Source of the DNA: Vitrella brassicaformis CCMP3155
Taxonomy: Eukaryota > Protista > Chromerida
Direction: 5' to 3'
Length of the DNA stretch: 64,000 bases
Assembly: GCA_001179505.1 (NCBI GenBank)
Contig: CDMY01000869.1
Span: forward strand, 62,001-126,000
Shown: positions 22,609-35,437 of the stretch, piece after piece
Layout of the letters: each line of letters begins with the position of its first letter
Numbering within the stretch: position 1 is the first letter of the stretch
Made by a program: the position numbers and the translations under genes
Notes under the pieces: generated by a model
Told to the model about the DNA's origin: nothing
The model's database searches: none
Seen by the model: the letters and a program-made list of their open reading frames with translations, nothing else

Positions 22609-25600
22609 ATGGCATCCCCGCCTGGCCCAGATGGCGCTCCCACTCGAACAAATACTCCAGCCACCCCTGTCCTAGATGAATCGGTGAGTATCCGAGCAAC
22701 AGACGCTGCAATGCTGCACCAATGTATGGCTGCAGCCATGCATCAAGACTATTGCATCAAGATAATGGATGCGCATGTGTTTCTGTGCTGCAGCATCAGA
22801 TCGCCCCCTCGTCCGGTAGCCGTCCCCCGCCACCGCCCCCGCCCGATGCACCGCATGGGCAGGCGTCCACCAGACAGATCCGGCCCGGTCAGGAGGGACG
22901 TGGTGCCGTCGGCCCCCCAAGGCCAACTCTGGCACTTACCCGCAATTCCTTCGAGGCCGTGGCCCGCGGCTTCCCGTCCCTCCTGGTGGTGGTGGTGGTG
23001 GTGTGCAGCGCCGCGGGATGGAGGTGGGTGTGTTGAAGGGGGAGGGAGAGGGAGAGGGAGAGGGTAACGTGGTTGACGGGAGAGAGGAGGGCAACTCCAG
23101 CGGTGTGGGGTTGCCAGGGGAGGTGGGTACGTCGCTGCAACATCTGCAGCCGCAGCCCCCACAACAGGCACAAAACTCTGCCGCGGAGGAGCACCATCTC
23201 AATACACCAGCAGCCATGCTGGGGTCTCTGGTGAGAACCAACGATATTGCACGCAGTGCGCTGGGTATGTCTGTTTGTCTTCCTGTCTGTGTGTGTGTGT
23301 GTGCGTTTGCGGCTCAGGGTGGCGGAACGTCGGTGGGCCAGCCGCACCCGTACCCACAGGCCGCACACGGTGGACAGGTGCGAGACACACAACACGCACT
23401 AAGTTTGACACACACACACACACATCTATGTTTGTGATGTGCGTGTGTGTGGTGTAGTTGGCTGGTGAGGGGATGCTGCCCACCGGACAAACCCCCGTCG
23501 TACGCCACCCGAACACCCAATACGCACAGACAGACACATCAACCGTGAATGCATCTCGTGTGTGCCGTCTCTCTTTTTGCATATGCAGACGATGCTGGCA
23601 ACTCTGCAGGCGCTGCAGCAGCAGATCAATCACATCCAGCAGATGCAGCAGATGCAGCAGCAGATCATGCAGCAGCAGATCATGCAGCAGGCGACGCAGC
23701 TCCCCCAGCCGACACCGCCCCTCCCTGCCCTCAGCCAACACCAGGATGGTCCTGCTGTGCCAGGCTCCGCCCATCAGGGCACCCAGCAACACACACACGA
23801 CAGCGGCGGCAGCAGTGGAGACTACAACCTACAGGCAGCGCCGGGGGGTCCGCCACACAGCAGCGGAAATTCCATGCCCCCTGTCGGCGGTGCATTTGGG
23901 GGTGGGCTGCAGCTCCAGTCGATCACCCAGCCAGCAGGTAAGGAGAGAGAGAGAGAGAGAGAGAGAGAGGGGAGGGAGGGAGGGAGGGAGGGAGGGAGGA
24001 ACAATGCTCGCGTCAGTCTGTCGATGTAATGTATGTGTGTATTCTGTGTATGTGTGTGTGTGTGTGTCAGATGAGTTTGATTCGTTGCCGCCTCAGGCTC
24101 CTCCCCATCCATTCGTCGTGCCCCCGCCTTCTGCCGAGTCGCCAGTGCCCAACCAGGGTGTCTGCGTCGCCAAGGCCGCCCAGCAGGCCCAGGCCGACCT
24201 GCAGCCACCACCACCACCCATAGAGACCGACGGAGAGCCGCAGATCTCACAACCCATGCTGGCCACCACAAAGGACCAGCCAGACGAAAGCCACCCCCGA
24301 GAGACGGCACAACACGACGACAACGGCGGGGGGGCAGCACGGGCCACCACAGGTGCCACTGCTGGTGGTGCGGGGGTGAGACTTGATGATGGCGCTGTCG
24401 GGGATGGCGACGTAGACGTGGGGGGGGCAGTGCCGATAGTTGTAGCTAATGGTGTTGAAGAAGAGGGCGATGGTGGCTGCCTGGCGGCCGGCGAGCACCA
24501 CCCAAAACACGAGACTGAGGACCGCAGTTCACACGTACAGACACGAAAAAAAGCAACAAACACCTCTCCTGCCATGTATGTGTGACCATTTTGTGTGTGT
24601 TGTCTTGTTTAGCTGTCCGAAGACGCGTCGGCGCAGCAGCTGCCTCTCAACGTCGACTCCCTGCAAAGGCTGGCGGCCCAAGACGAGCAGCCCGTTGAAG
24701 ACATAGGGCAGTCAATCCACGAGCTTCCTGAGAACGACCACATCGTCAATCTGCTCTCGAGGGCGGCTGACTCCATGTTGGGCGACCAGGGGCAACTTCG
24801 CGACCTGGAGGGGTTCCCTGTAGCCAACAAAGAGGAGGGCGGGCAGAATGGGCACAAGGGCAAGGAGGGAGAGATAGCCGGGCAGAAGGGGGCGGCAGGG
24901 GGACGCGGTGGGAAGAAGCTGCCACCGAGGGAGACGCGGGGGGGATCGTGGGAGGACACGTACCAGCGGGGGCCGAGAGGGCGGGGTCTACCTCGACAGT
25001 TGGTGTTCCCGTTGAAGGAGGGGGCGGATGACCACCGTCAAGACGACGGCAGGCCCAGGGGTACCTACACACATACACACACCAGACAGAAAGGACAGGC
25101 AGGCTACGCTAGGCACAGTCTGTTTCTCTGTGTGGTCATTCATCTGTGTGTTTGTATGTGACGGATTGCAGACTTGGAGGCGATTGTAGGCAGGCATGGT
25201 TTCGCCATCGTGCGCTCCAGCAACCCCAAGTCACGGAGCGGTGATCCAGTGGAGGTCGTACAGCTGCTACGCGAAGGTCACAGGATGGTGAGCCATACAA
25301 ACACATACATACATACATACATGGTGTTGCAATGCAGCCATCCATTTAACGTCTCCTCTCCTCGTTTATGGTCTGTCTGTCCTGCCACGCAGACCGAACA
25401 GGAGATCGCCAGTCTGCTGCTGCGCATGACGGCCAGAGCCGCACAGACGGAGCGCGGCGTCAAACCTCGAGAGAGGCAGGCCCTGGAGGCTGCCAGACGG
25501 GAGAAGGCGCTCGAGGCAGCAAAGGAAGTGCGCGCCGAACTGCAGAGGAGAGGTAGGTATCACGAAGACGAAACCTATGTACCTTCTTTCCTTTGAGCGG

Positions 25601-26993
25601 GTGCGATGTGTCTGTTTCAGAAGCCAAGAGGGTCAGTCTCATGCAGAGCGGAAAGGGCCGCGTCAACACCACAGACCGCTCGCAGGTGCGTGCTCATCAC
25701 ACGCGCAGACTCACAGACAGACAACCATCGACACGCACGCATCAACAAGTCGGTGAGTCATGTGTTGCCCTTTCTGTGTGTCTCTTTCTGTGTGTGTGCT
25801 TCAGGCTGGTCGCCCTCCCGCCAGCCCTCCCGCCAACCCTCCCCGGCCGTTCTCTCAGAGGCCCCCCACGCACCCCGTCACCCAATCGCCCACCATTCGC
25901 ATCCTGCCACGCCCCTCTCCCCCCAGCCCGGCAGCGCCACCCCACAAAAGTCTGCAGCTGACCGACCGCAACCGCAACCGCAACGCATCGTGCCAGCGGG
26001 AGAAGGAGAAGAAGATCCGCAACCTACAAGAAGAGCAGAACGACAAGAAAGAGTGCCTGAGGAGGGCCATGATTGTGCTGAGGCGCCTGATCACGGTCCA
26101 CAGCAGCGAGGGCCAGCGTGAGGCCCTGCTGGAGGGGTGCGGGCAAATCATAGTGCCGAAGAAGCAGCGGCAAGTAAGGAGGCAGGCAGGCAGAGAAAAC
26201 AACGAGATGCACAGATGGATGGATGGATGGATGTGCGCGTGGTGGTTGTATTCTCAGTGGGGATTGGTACTTCCCGCCCACCAACACCAGACAGAAGGGC
26301 ACGGCCGCCAACAGCACCAGCAGCAGCAATGTGAACTATCACGCCCTCGATGGAGGACCATCCAATGGATCTCTCTGTTTTGTGTGTCTCTGTGCAGTCT
26401 GGTATGAGCCCGGCACTGCGAAGTGTCCTCAACGACCCGGACACATTGCCCATCCTCCGATCTGTGGGGGTAAGTAAGAAAGAATAGTCGACGCCGTGAG
26501 GGGTCAGTCAGTCAGTCGACACGCCTTCCACCCACCTCCCCACCCACACATGCATGGCCTTTCCTTTCCTTGCTCTTCAGATCACCAGCGTGCCCGGCTC
26601 TGCTGAGGAGGCCACAGCTTGTTTGGACCAAGTGCAACAGGCCCTGGCGCAGCTCGATCAGCATCAAGTGAGTGACTGACCGACCAAAGACCAAACAGAT
26701 AGGGGATGGATGGATGGATGTGTGTGTGTCATCCTTCTTTGCCAGGAGCATCGCAGCACAGAGGAGCGCGACATGGTAGCAGATAGCGATGGTACGCACA
26801 TACATGGCAGATCGACAGATATACCGACACCTGCATGCCTCTTCTTTCCATATCGTTGCTGGTTGGGGCATGTGCAGGATTGGACCAGGTTGTGGAGCTG
26901 GAGGATGAGGACCTAGCAGAGGAGGCTCGCATCCAGCGAGGGGAGGCTGTCAAGGGCGGCCGTGGGGGCGGAGGGTCGGGGCCTTCTGGCTGA
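22609..26993 (+). CDS. Hypothetical low-complexity multi-exon protein (Pro/Gln-rich, coiled-coil segments); model uncertain
   Basis: Run of exon-like ORFs with GT-AG flanks, e.g. MLATLQALQQQINH, VVPPPSAESPVPNQG, LSEDASAQQLP, EKEKKIRNLQEEQ and GLDQVVELEDEDL. Shares modules with the kinase A tail. Confidence 0.4.
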
Positions 26994-28427
26994 CAACCAC
27001 ACACCATCAATCATCACAGACACACACAGGTACGTATGAACGCATGCAGGTACACGGAATCTGCATCTTGACGTGTGCAGGTCTTTAGTAGTTTCTGCTG
27101 GGCGACCGCGCCCGTCTTATCGAGCCACACGACCACACCACACCACAGCACCCACCACACACACATTACATACCATCCATACACACACACACACCATGAC
27201 AGACGACAGACAGACAGACACACAGGGTGTAGGGGGCAGCGAGAGATACGAATTAAGGGGCTGTAGGGGCTTGGGTGCATACCTGCCTGTGCGTTTGTGA
27301 AGGTGTTTGTTTTGTCGTGCGGTGAAGTGCTCGTGCCTCGGCTCTCCTGTCTGTCTGTCCAGCCCAAGTCTGCCGCAGCCTTAAACTTGCCCGACACAAC
27401 CAATGAGAGAGCAAACTAATCTCTGACCACGATGATGTGATGGAATGCAGTCTTCGGACTCGTTGGGTCGGGCATGTTTTCGGTTGCGCCGAGTGTGAGG
27501 TATGTGTGTCGGTGTGATGCTATGCGCGTTGATTGCATACACGTGGTTGATTGATGCCTTTGTCGCCGGCCGGCCGGACAGACCCCAGCCAGCCAGCCAG
27601 CAGTGAGACGTTAGTCAGTCAGTCATGAGAAGGGCCTCGACAGAGCCAACACGGACAGACCATCATCAAGCCAGCCAGCCCTGGACCAAATATACCCCCA
27701 CACGCACACAGAGATATCAATGCATCGGTGCTGTGTAAGTTCGTCCCACCCACACCACCCACACAGCAAGGCCCACTACCTACTCTCAGCTGACTGGCCG
27801 GCGATGTGTTCATGACCCGTACTTCTGTGGACGAATGGACACTTCTCGATGATGTGTGTATGAATGTACGATTTCAAAGATATCTGTAGACACACCCGTC
27901 CGTCCGTCTGTCTGTCTGTTGGGCCAGCGAGCGCAGAACATACGGCATGCAGGTCACTCAATCAGTCAGTGCATGTAGGTAGATGTCCAGACACACATAC
28001 AGACATCCATCCATCCATCCAGACAGACAGACAGACAGATGTCTTGACGTCCTTGTGTTATATGTGTGTGTGTGATCGAAAGAATCAATGCAGTCGTATA
28101 TATCAAAGTGCCCGGCTCACACAAGTTTACTCATCAAGGCGTGTGTCATGAGTGTCCAAACGATGTGAATGCATACACCACATTGACAAAGTCATCGGCC
28201 TCCCTCCCCCCCGGCCTCCATCTCTTACGAACACATGCCAACGAACCAACGAACTAAGACATACACACAAGTCATGTCGTCAGATGAACCGCATGGCCGC
28301 GACGGTGCGGGCGCTCTCCCCGACCTCTCCTCTCCTTTCTGCGCCTCGTGCGCCGCTCAATGGAGGACCATCGCTGCCCGTCTGCAGACACAGGCACGCA
28401 AAGAGGGACGGACGCACACACACATGT

Positions 28428-31400
28428 TCACAGAAAGAGTTGCGTGTTGTCTCGATGTGTTGTGAGTGGTGTTTCTTTCTTTCTCACGATGAGGTCGAGA
28501 AGGAATGTCTTTTGTATGAGTGCCTCCATCCGCTGCTTGTGGCGCGACACGTAAGACAGGTACGTCGACGCAAACTGGGGGAACCCGGGCACCTTGATCA
28601 GGAAATCAGGACTGACACACACAAATACAACACACACGAAGCTCGACTCGACTCGACTTCACAGACACCGACACTTGTCTCTCTGTCGCTCACGTGAATG
28701 CGAGGAGTATTTGGTTGGTGATGGCGGACGCTAGCCCAGCGGCCTTGGCATTGGTGCTCCACTCGCCCAGCATCTCCAGGAAGGTCGCTATGTCGTGCGA
28801 CGGCCACTCACGGATCATCTCCTGAAGCATGCTCCGCAAACCAGCCGATTCAGTACCGCCATCTGCCTCTGGGCCGGCGGGCTGATCAGCCATCGGCTCG
28901 TCCTCATCACCACCTGTCCCATCAGCCATGTCTTGGTCTGCCGGCCGCCGTGGTGGTGCCTCGCTCTCGTCTTGTGTGGCGCGGTGGCGATTGATGGCTG
29001 TGTGTTGTGCCCGCTGGATGTTGGCGGTGAGTCGTCTGGTGGCCTCCTTCTCGAGCAGCCGTCGTGCTTGTGCGGTGCGGTTGAGCTGGACGGCGATGAG
29101 GAGGGCCTCGAGTGTGCGGCCCTGCTGCTCCAGAGTCTGCAGACGGGTCTCCTGCAAAGCCGCCTCACTCGCCTCCTCCTGACATACACACACACACACA
29201 CGCATGCATGCAGAAAGCGAGTGAGATGCACGGAGGGCGTCTGTTGCTGGTTCCCCATTTCTGTCTGTCTGTCTGACTGACCCGTTTCTGCTCTGCCTCC
29301 TCTTCGGTGTCGTCCCTCCATATGACGATCTTCGAGTCCGCCCCGCCAGTCACCATCACATCCTCACGCAAATCCATGCACCATACCTGCCACACACACA
29401 TACAGACATACACGTGTGTGTGTGGTGATGCAGTCAATGGGGCGGTGCGTGCGTGTGGCCCGGCCGACCTTGTCTTCGTGTTGGTCGAAAGTGGCGTTGC
29501 ACTCGGTGGTGCGGACGTTCCACAGCTTGACGAGGCCGTCGGTGCCGCACGTCATGATCTGCAGGCCCCCAGACAGGAACGACACACGCAACACGCCATG
29601 CGGAGACTCGTGGCCCTGAGTCATATGAAACACACGACACACAGAGAGAATGTCAAAACATAGCGAGACGGAGGAAGATACTCTGTGCGTGTGTGTGTGT
29701 GTCTGTGTCATCCACCTGGAATGTTTTGACACAAGTGTAGTCCTTGAGGTTCCATATGCGGGCTGTCCCATCGCCAGATGCTGACGCAAGCACCTGCAAC
29801 ATCCAGTGAACATCACACGGGTTGTTGCTGTGTGTGTTGTGTGTGTGTGTGTGTGTGGCGGTGACCCTGTCGACAGGTGAGAAGCAGATGTTCCAGACGG
29901 TCTTGCGGTGGCCCCTCGACACACCCAGCAAACGACACTCCGGGAAGCTGTAGTACTGACAGACAGACACGTGTATGAGTACAAAAATACAGAGGGTCTC
30001 AATGATGGCGTACAGTGCAGGAATGTACATACATGTGTGTCAAGGCACCCACCTTGATTTCCTTATCCCGCCCTGCTGTTGCGGCGACCTGGGGGCACCG
30101 CAGCCATACAGCGAGTTCCCTTCTGAATGCATTCTTCTTTCCCTCTTACGGTACCTGATTGTTGGGGGCAATAGCGACATCGTTGACGGCCTTCTGATGC
30201 GCCACCACCGACAGGGCTGCACGAGACACCTTCAGCGGACCGGCCCCCGACCCGCCTGCCCGTGCTTGAACGTCCTTGAGGGGCAGCGCCCACACTTTGA
30301 GGGTCTGGTCGTCGCTGACCGACACCAGCCGCAGCGTGTCACCGATGTTCTTGCCATCCGAACCCAACCTTCATACAACACACACAGACCGAGACGATTG
30401 CACCCATCTGGCGGTGGGCTGTTATCTCGTGACGTGTGTGTATCTGAGTACTCACTTGGGTGGGAATGCGAGTGCGTTGACGGGCCCGCCGTGTCCGGTG
30501 AGTACGGCCACACAGGCAGCCTTCACCCCGCCCCCCTCCACATCCACACTCCACAACCGCACCTCGCCGTCCTTCCCACCTGTCGCCAACCAACGCACTG
30601 GAACGGACAGCATCGAATTAACAGAAAGACAGACATGTATGCGCATGGGTGGGGGCTGGGTCACTTGTGTACCGTCTGGCGCAACGGCGACAGTCCACAC
30701 GATGGTGGTATGTCCGACAAGAGGCGTGACATCGAAGCTGCCGAGGTTCATGATCTTGGCCTGCTCGTCGTTGGTCACGCACACGCAGTGAATGTGGTCC
30801 AGCTGTTGCGAGAGGGGCGAGGGTGACGTGTGTGGCTTGAGGGGCACCATCAGCCGACAGGCGAGTATCTCTCCGCAGTGTGCCATGAGCTGCTTGACGG
30901 GGGCCAGGTGCGGCCAGGACCAGACGATGACATTGAGGTCCTGGCCGACGGTGAGCAGGTGGCGGGCATCGAGACGCAACAGATGGGTCATCGCACCACC
31001 TGATGCATGACCACCGGGCACCTCCTGAGCGAGCCGCCCCCATTTCACACGCACACACACACGTGTGAGGGCATGTATGCATGTCTGTTTGTCGGCCTCC
31101 GTCTCACCTTGACGCATGTGGCTTTGGTGGGGTTCCACAGCTTGAGTGTGCCGCCGTCCCCCACACTGACCACGACCCACTCAGTCTCCTCCACACCCTC
31201 CATGACCCACCCGTGCTCCTCGCCCCCACCTTCATTTTCACCTCCATCAACATGCTCGCGCTTGCCCCTCCTCCGTGACTTGGGCGGCTTCTGCGGCGGG
31301 GCGCGTGTGGGCATGGCGACGGCGGCCTCGTTGAGCTCATAAGTGGGGATGTCTTTGGCGCGGCGGTAGGTGAGTGGCTGTGTGTGCTCCTGCCACACGA

Positions 31401-32059
31401 GGATGGTGCGGTCGCGTGCAGCCGTCACCAGATAGAGGGCGGAGCCGGACGTCTGGGGTGAGGGGTGGTGGAAGTCCAGCGATGCGATGGAGCTCAGGTG
31501 ACCCTCCAGCACACCATACTGCCTGACAGACGGAGAAACAGAGACAGAAAGGACGGCAGGCAGGCATGAAGACCGGCAGAAGAAGCACGCATTCACGTGT
31601 TCTGTGTTCCTTCATGCCCCCGTCCTCACTGTTCCCTTCCTCCTTGGCTCACTCACCTGTTTTGGTGGAGGTCCCATATGCGAATGTGTCCGCCGCTGTC
31701 GGCAGAGAAGACCACCTGACGGGAGGGATGGAACCTGCAGGCAGGCAGGCAGTAAGTCAGCGCAGCACACTACGAAGACTCAGCAGCACAGCCCTTTCAC
31801 TGACTCACCTGACAAGATCGACCCCGTTGTCATGCCCCGTGAAGTTGTGCGTGCAGAAACCACCGCTGATGTCCCACACCTGACCACACAGACAGACAGA
31901 CAGACAGGCGGAGGGAGGGAGGCGTTCATGCCCTCTCGATCTTTCCCATGGGCATGCTCACTCACCCTGACTGTTGCGTCTGTTGCTCCTGTGGCCACAT
32001 GAGTGCCCTTGGGACTCACACACATCGCACTGATGTACGAGTCATGGCCCTGACACACA

Positions 32060-32093
<34 letters not shown>

Positions 32094-32474
32094 ATCCTTC
32101 CAGTCAGATCCACCCACCGCCCTCTCTCGCCTGCCTACCCTCCATGAGCGTATGAGTGTGCTTGTCCATCCTCCTCCGGTCTTGTCCTTCGCCGCGCTCC
32201 AGTGCCGAATCAACAGACTCCTGCACGCACCAATGACGCCCACCTCACCGGCCCTCTTGCCGTCGCCCCACACGTCAAATGTTAGGACGTCATCGCCCTC
32301 AGCCTGCAGGGTGAAGAGCGGCCTGGCAGTGGACAGATCCACACCTACTACGCTGCCCGAATGCTGACACACAAGCACGCCAGCATGCTCGCAGTAGCGA
32401 ACGGCGCCGCCGGAGTAGAAGCTGTGGTGGCTGCGGACGGGCTGCCAGAGAGACGAGAGCTGCTGCTGACTCAT
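28428..32474 (-). CDS. UTP13: U3 snoRNP protein UTP13/TBL3 (WD40 repeats plus Utp13 C-terminal domain)
   Basis: N-terminal SFYSGG. Many WD repeats (GHDSYISAMCVSPKGTHVATGATDATVRV; GHRKTVWNICFSPVD; GADSKIVIWRD). C-terminal EWSTNAK...SYVSRHKQRMEALIQKTFLLDL. Confidence 0.9.
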
Positions 32475-32503
32475 CACCGCCTCCTCATACCCCTTCACAC
32501 GGG

Positions 32504-33870
32504 ATGAACGCGGGAGAACCTCGTCGTCGTCACGGATCGTCGTTGAAAATGGTGCGACACGCCATCTTTGTTGGTTGGTTATTGTGTTTAACGAGACTCG
32601 TGTCTGTAGCCCCAGAGAGAAAACGACCGGGGGAAGTGTCGAGACTTTTTGGAGACAAAAAAAAAAACTTTGGCGATGATACAGCAGCTACAGCAGCGGC
32701 ATCCTTTCGCGCCACCCCGTCAGCAGAGCCGCAGCCATGCGTCTACGTCTCGATGCCGCCTATCAACAACCACTCCCTCAACGTATACGTTAGCGTGTTG
32801 CACCCTGAAGAAAAGGCCGGCCGGCGAGGACTGGCTATGGTGCTGGGTGTCAGGTGGCGCACCCGCACGTACCTTGTCATCACGCCTGACAAGAAGACCA
32901 TCGTTTTCTCTGCCGACATGGAGCAGACATCTAAGGTAAGTGGAAGGAAGACGCCACACACATATATACGGAGGAAGATGGTGGTGTGTGCCTTCGCGTT
33001 TGAGCAGGTGGCGAGCGCGCCGAGGACTGGCCAACTATGGTCAAGATAGACGGCAGGGTGGGCAACGGGAGCTACAATGGCCGCCCGGACCCACTAGAAT
33101 TCTTCGGCTGCAACATTCTAAGCGATGCATTCAGTGCATTCTCTGGTGTGCCCCCTCGACCTGGCGACAACCACTTGGGCTATCTCAAGCCCGACCGCCG
33201 CTTGGACCGCCACAACATGCATGCTTGGACCGCCACAACATGCTGCCATTCGGTATGGGCACCTGGAGCGGGTCCAAGGTGTACCAGGCCGATCGCATGC
33301 TGCGCACTGCTGGCACGTCCGCTACCAACGAGCACACACACGGTCAAGGACCCTCAGCAGCCACCAAGGTGCTCAAGGAGCTCCCAAAGAGGTCGTCTGA
33401 TATGGCAATGGCTATTGGGAGTGAAAACATAGTCAACGTGAATTTGGTGAGCCTCGTCGTATGTATGTCCGTCTATGTGTGCACCCTTGTGTCTCCGGCC
33501 ATGCAGCTCGTGGAGGCCCGCCATAAAAACCAGAAGTCCATGTTTTTCGAGATGGACTACTTTGATCAAGACGCTGCGGGGTTTCTTGAACAACACTGGG
33601 GGAAGGGGGGGTCGACAGTCATGCTGGAGGAGGAGGCAATCAAAGAGATGACTTTTCCAGTCGTTGTCACTCTGAGGGACCTCTTCCACTCTGGGTTTGT
33701 ATCGCACGGGTCAGCACCCGAGACAACAAGACAAGCCTCTGCTCTGCTGTGTCTGGTCGGATCACTTTTATCTCCCCCACTGAGCAGGGATCTGAAATTG
33801 ACAAACTTCCTGATTGAGCAGCGAGAGGATGGCACGGTGCCAGTGATGAAGCTGATCGGTAGGCTGTGTA
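32504..33870 (+). pseudogene. Kinase A middle fragment followed by kinase B N-lobe and catalytic exons, head-to-head with UTP13
   Basis: ATPSAEPQPCVYVSMPPINN (also present in kinase A), then GMGTWSGSKVY, AATKVLKE, FFEMDYFDQD and FVSH/DLKLTNFL...MKLI. Confidence 0.7.
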
Positions 33871-34809
33871 GCCTTTCTCCAGGCTTGTGTCTGCTCTTCT
33901 GTCCGCAAATTGTCTGTCTGTCTGTCTGTCTGTCTATTTTTATTGTTTCAGGGGCGAGGACAGCAGCAGCAGCAGCAGCAGGAGAGATAGCGGCCGCCTG
34001 GCTCGACGCGGACCCACCGAAGAAGGACCCCGACTAGGAGCCCCCGTCTCCCTCTCGCCGCCCCCGCCCGCCCGCCAGGCGCGACCGCTCCCGCCCCAAG
34101 ACGTGGCGGGGCGGCACGCCCGCAACCATCAAAGCCCTGCAGGATCTCAATATTGAGGGTACGAACCAACGAGGGACACAGAGACATGCAAACATAAACA
34201 TACAGCACACTACGTAAGACTTCTTGCCGTGACTTTTTGTTATGCACAGCTTACGAGGTAGCCATGTGGGACGTGCCCAAAGGAGTGTTGGTACGCTGAT
34301 GAGACACAAAAGGAGAGGGGACATTCTTGTGAGAAACTGGCACGTCTCCTGTGTGTGTGTGTGTGTGTGCCTAGACCCCCATCAAACAGCTGCTCAGCCG
34401 CGAGGTAGACGGCAGGATGACCCGGTGCTTTGCTGAGGCGCTGGGCCTCATTCTGCTCAGAGTGGAGGAAGAGGGGGACAAGAAACAAGCGGCCATTGAA
34501 AAGATACTGCAGCTGACGGGCGAGAGAGTGCGATGGGCGACACAAACATACCGAGTGAGCAGAATGGGAACTTCTGCAGCGTGGTGTGGCGGACGGACTT
34601 GTCGTTTCTGTCTTCAGATCAAAGCAACGCTGGCGACAGAGGCCATGAAAGCGGACAAGCTAGCAGGCATGTGGAAGAGTGAGCACATTTTTGCATGTGT
34701 GAGACGCTTCTCCTCTGCTCTTTTGATCTCTCTCTGTGTGTGTGTGCTCGTCAGGAGAGGAAGAGCAGATGAAACGGGGTTGAAGTCCTGAATTGTTCCT
34801 TTGTGCGCG

Positions 34810-35070
34810 TGTGGTCTGGTCGGATTCACTTTTATCTCTCCCACTGAGCAGGGATCTGAAATTGACAAACTTCCTGATTGAGCAGCGGGAGGATGGCACG
34901 GTGCCAGTGATGAAGCTGATCGGCTAGGCTGTGTACCGGACTGGTGTGGCTCGTAGGGGGTACTCGTGTGTTGTGGGGCATGCAGGCCATACCTCGCTGC
35001 GTACATCTTATATCTGGACGAGACATTACCTATTTGGACGGGTGTACCGGACTGGTGTGGCATGTTCAGA
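34810..35070 (+). repeat. Third copy of the kinase B catalytic-loop exon followed by a 111-bp-period repeat
   Basis: DLKLTNFLIEQREDGTVPVMKLI is repeated. gtgtaccggactggtgtggc occurs at 34931 and 35042, and the same unit is inverted at ~14040-14116 and ~14580-14750. Confidence 0.75.
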
Positions 35071-35437
35071 CACGGCCGAATGAATCATGACCATAGAGTG
35101 AGGCTGTGCGGGATAGCCACTGTGCTTGCTGAGACATTGTGCTGACTGATGAGTCAATCAGCCACGTCTCAACAGCACTAGCCAACAAAACAACCTCAGG
35201 CAGGTCACACACACACATAACACAAGGACGTCAAGACATCTGTCTGTCTGTCTGTCTGGATGTCTTGTGCGTCGGTGTCTGTCCCCCATAATATGACACA
35301 GGTCCCCCATAACACGGCAGATGGTCTGTCTGTCTCCTCACACCCTCCCTCATTCATTTAGCCAACCACTCGGCCACTCCCCCGTTGGACTTGGTCTCTC
35401 TTCGTCCATGGCCAGCCGACCGGCCACCATCAATCCA

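Noticed and set aside
25960-26090. bZIP domain (RNRNRNASCQREKEKKIRNL)
   Set aside because: Asn-Arg spacing is one residue short of N-x7-R and there is no clear leucine heptad.
33950-34791. Independent intact gene between the kinase B copies
   Set aside because: There are exon-like pieces (TIKALQDLNIE, EEEGDKKQAAIEKILQL), but I could not build a consistent start-to-stop model or recognise a family.
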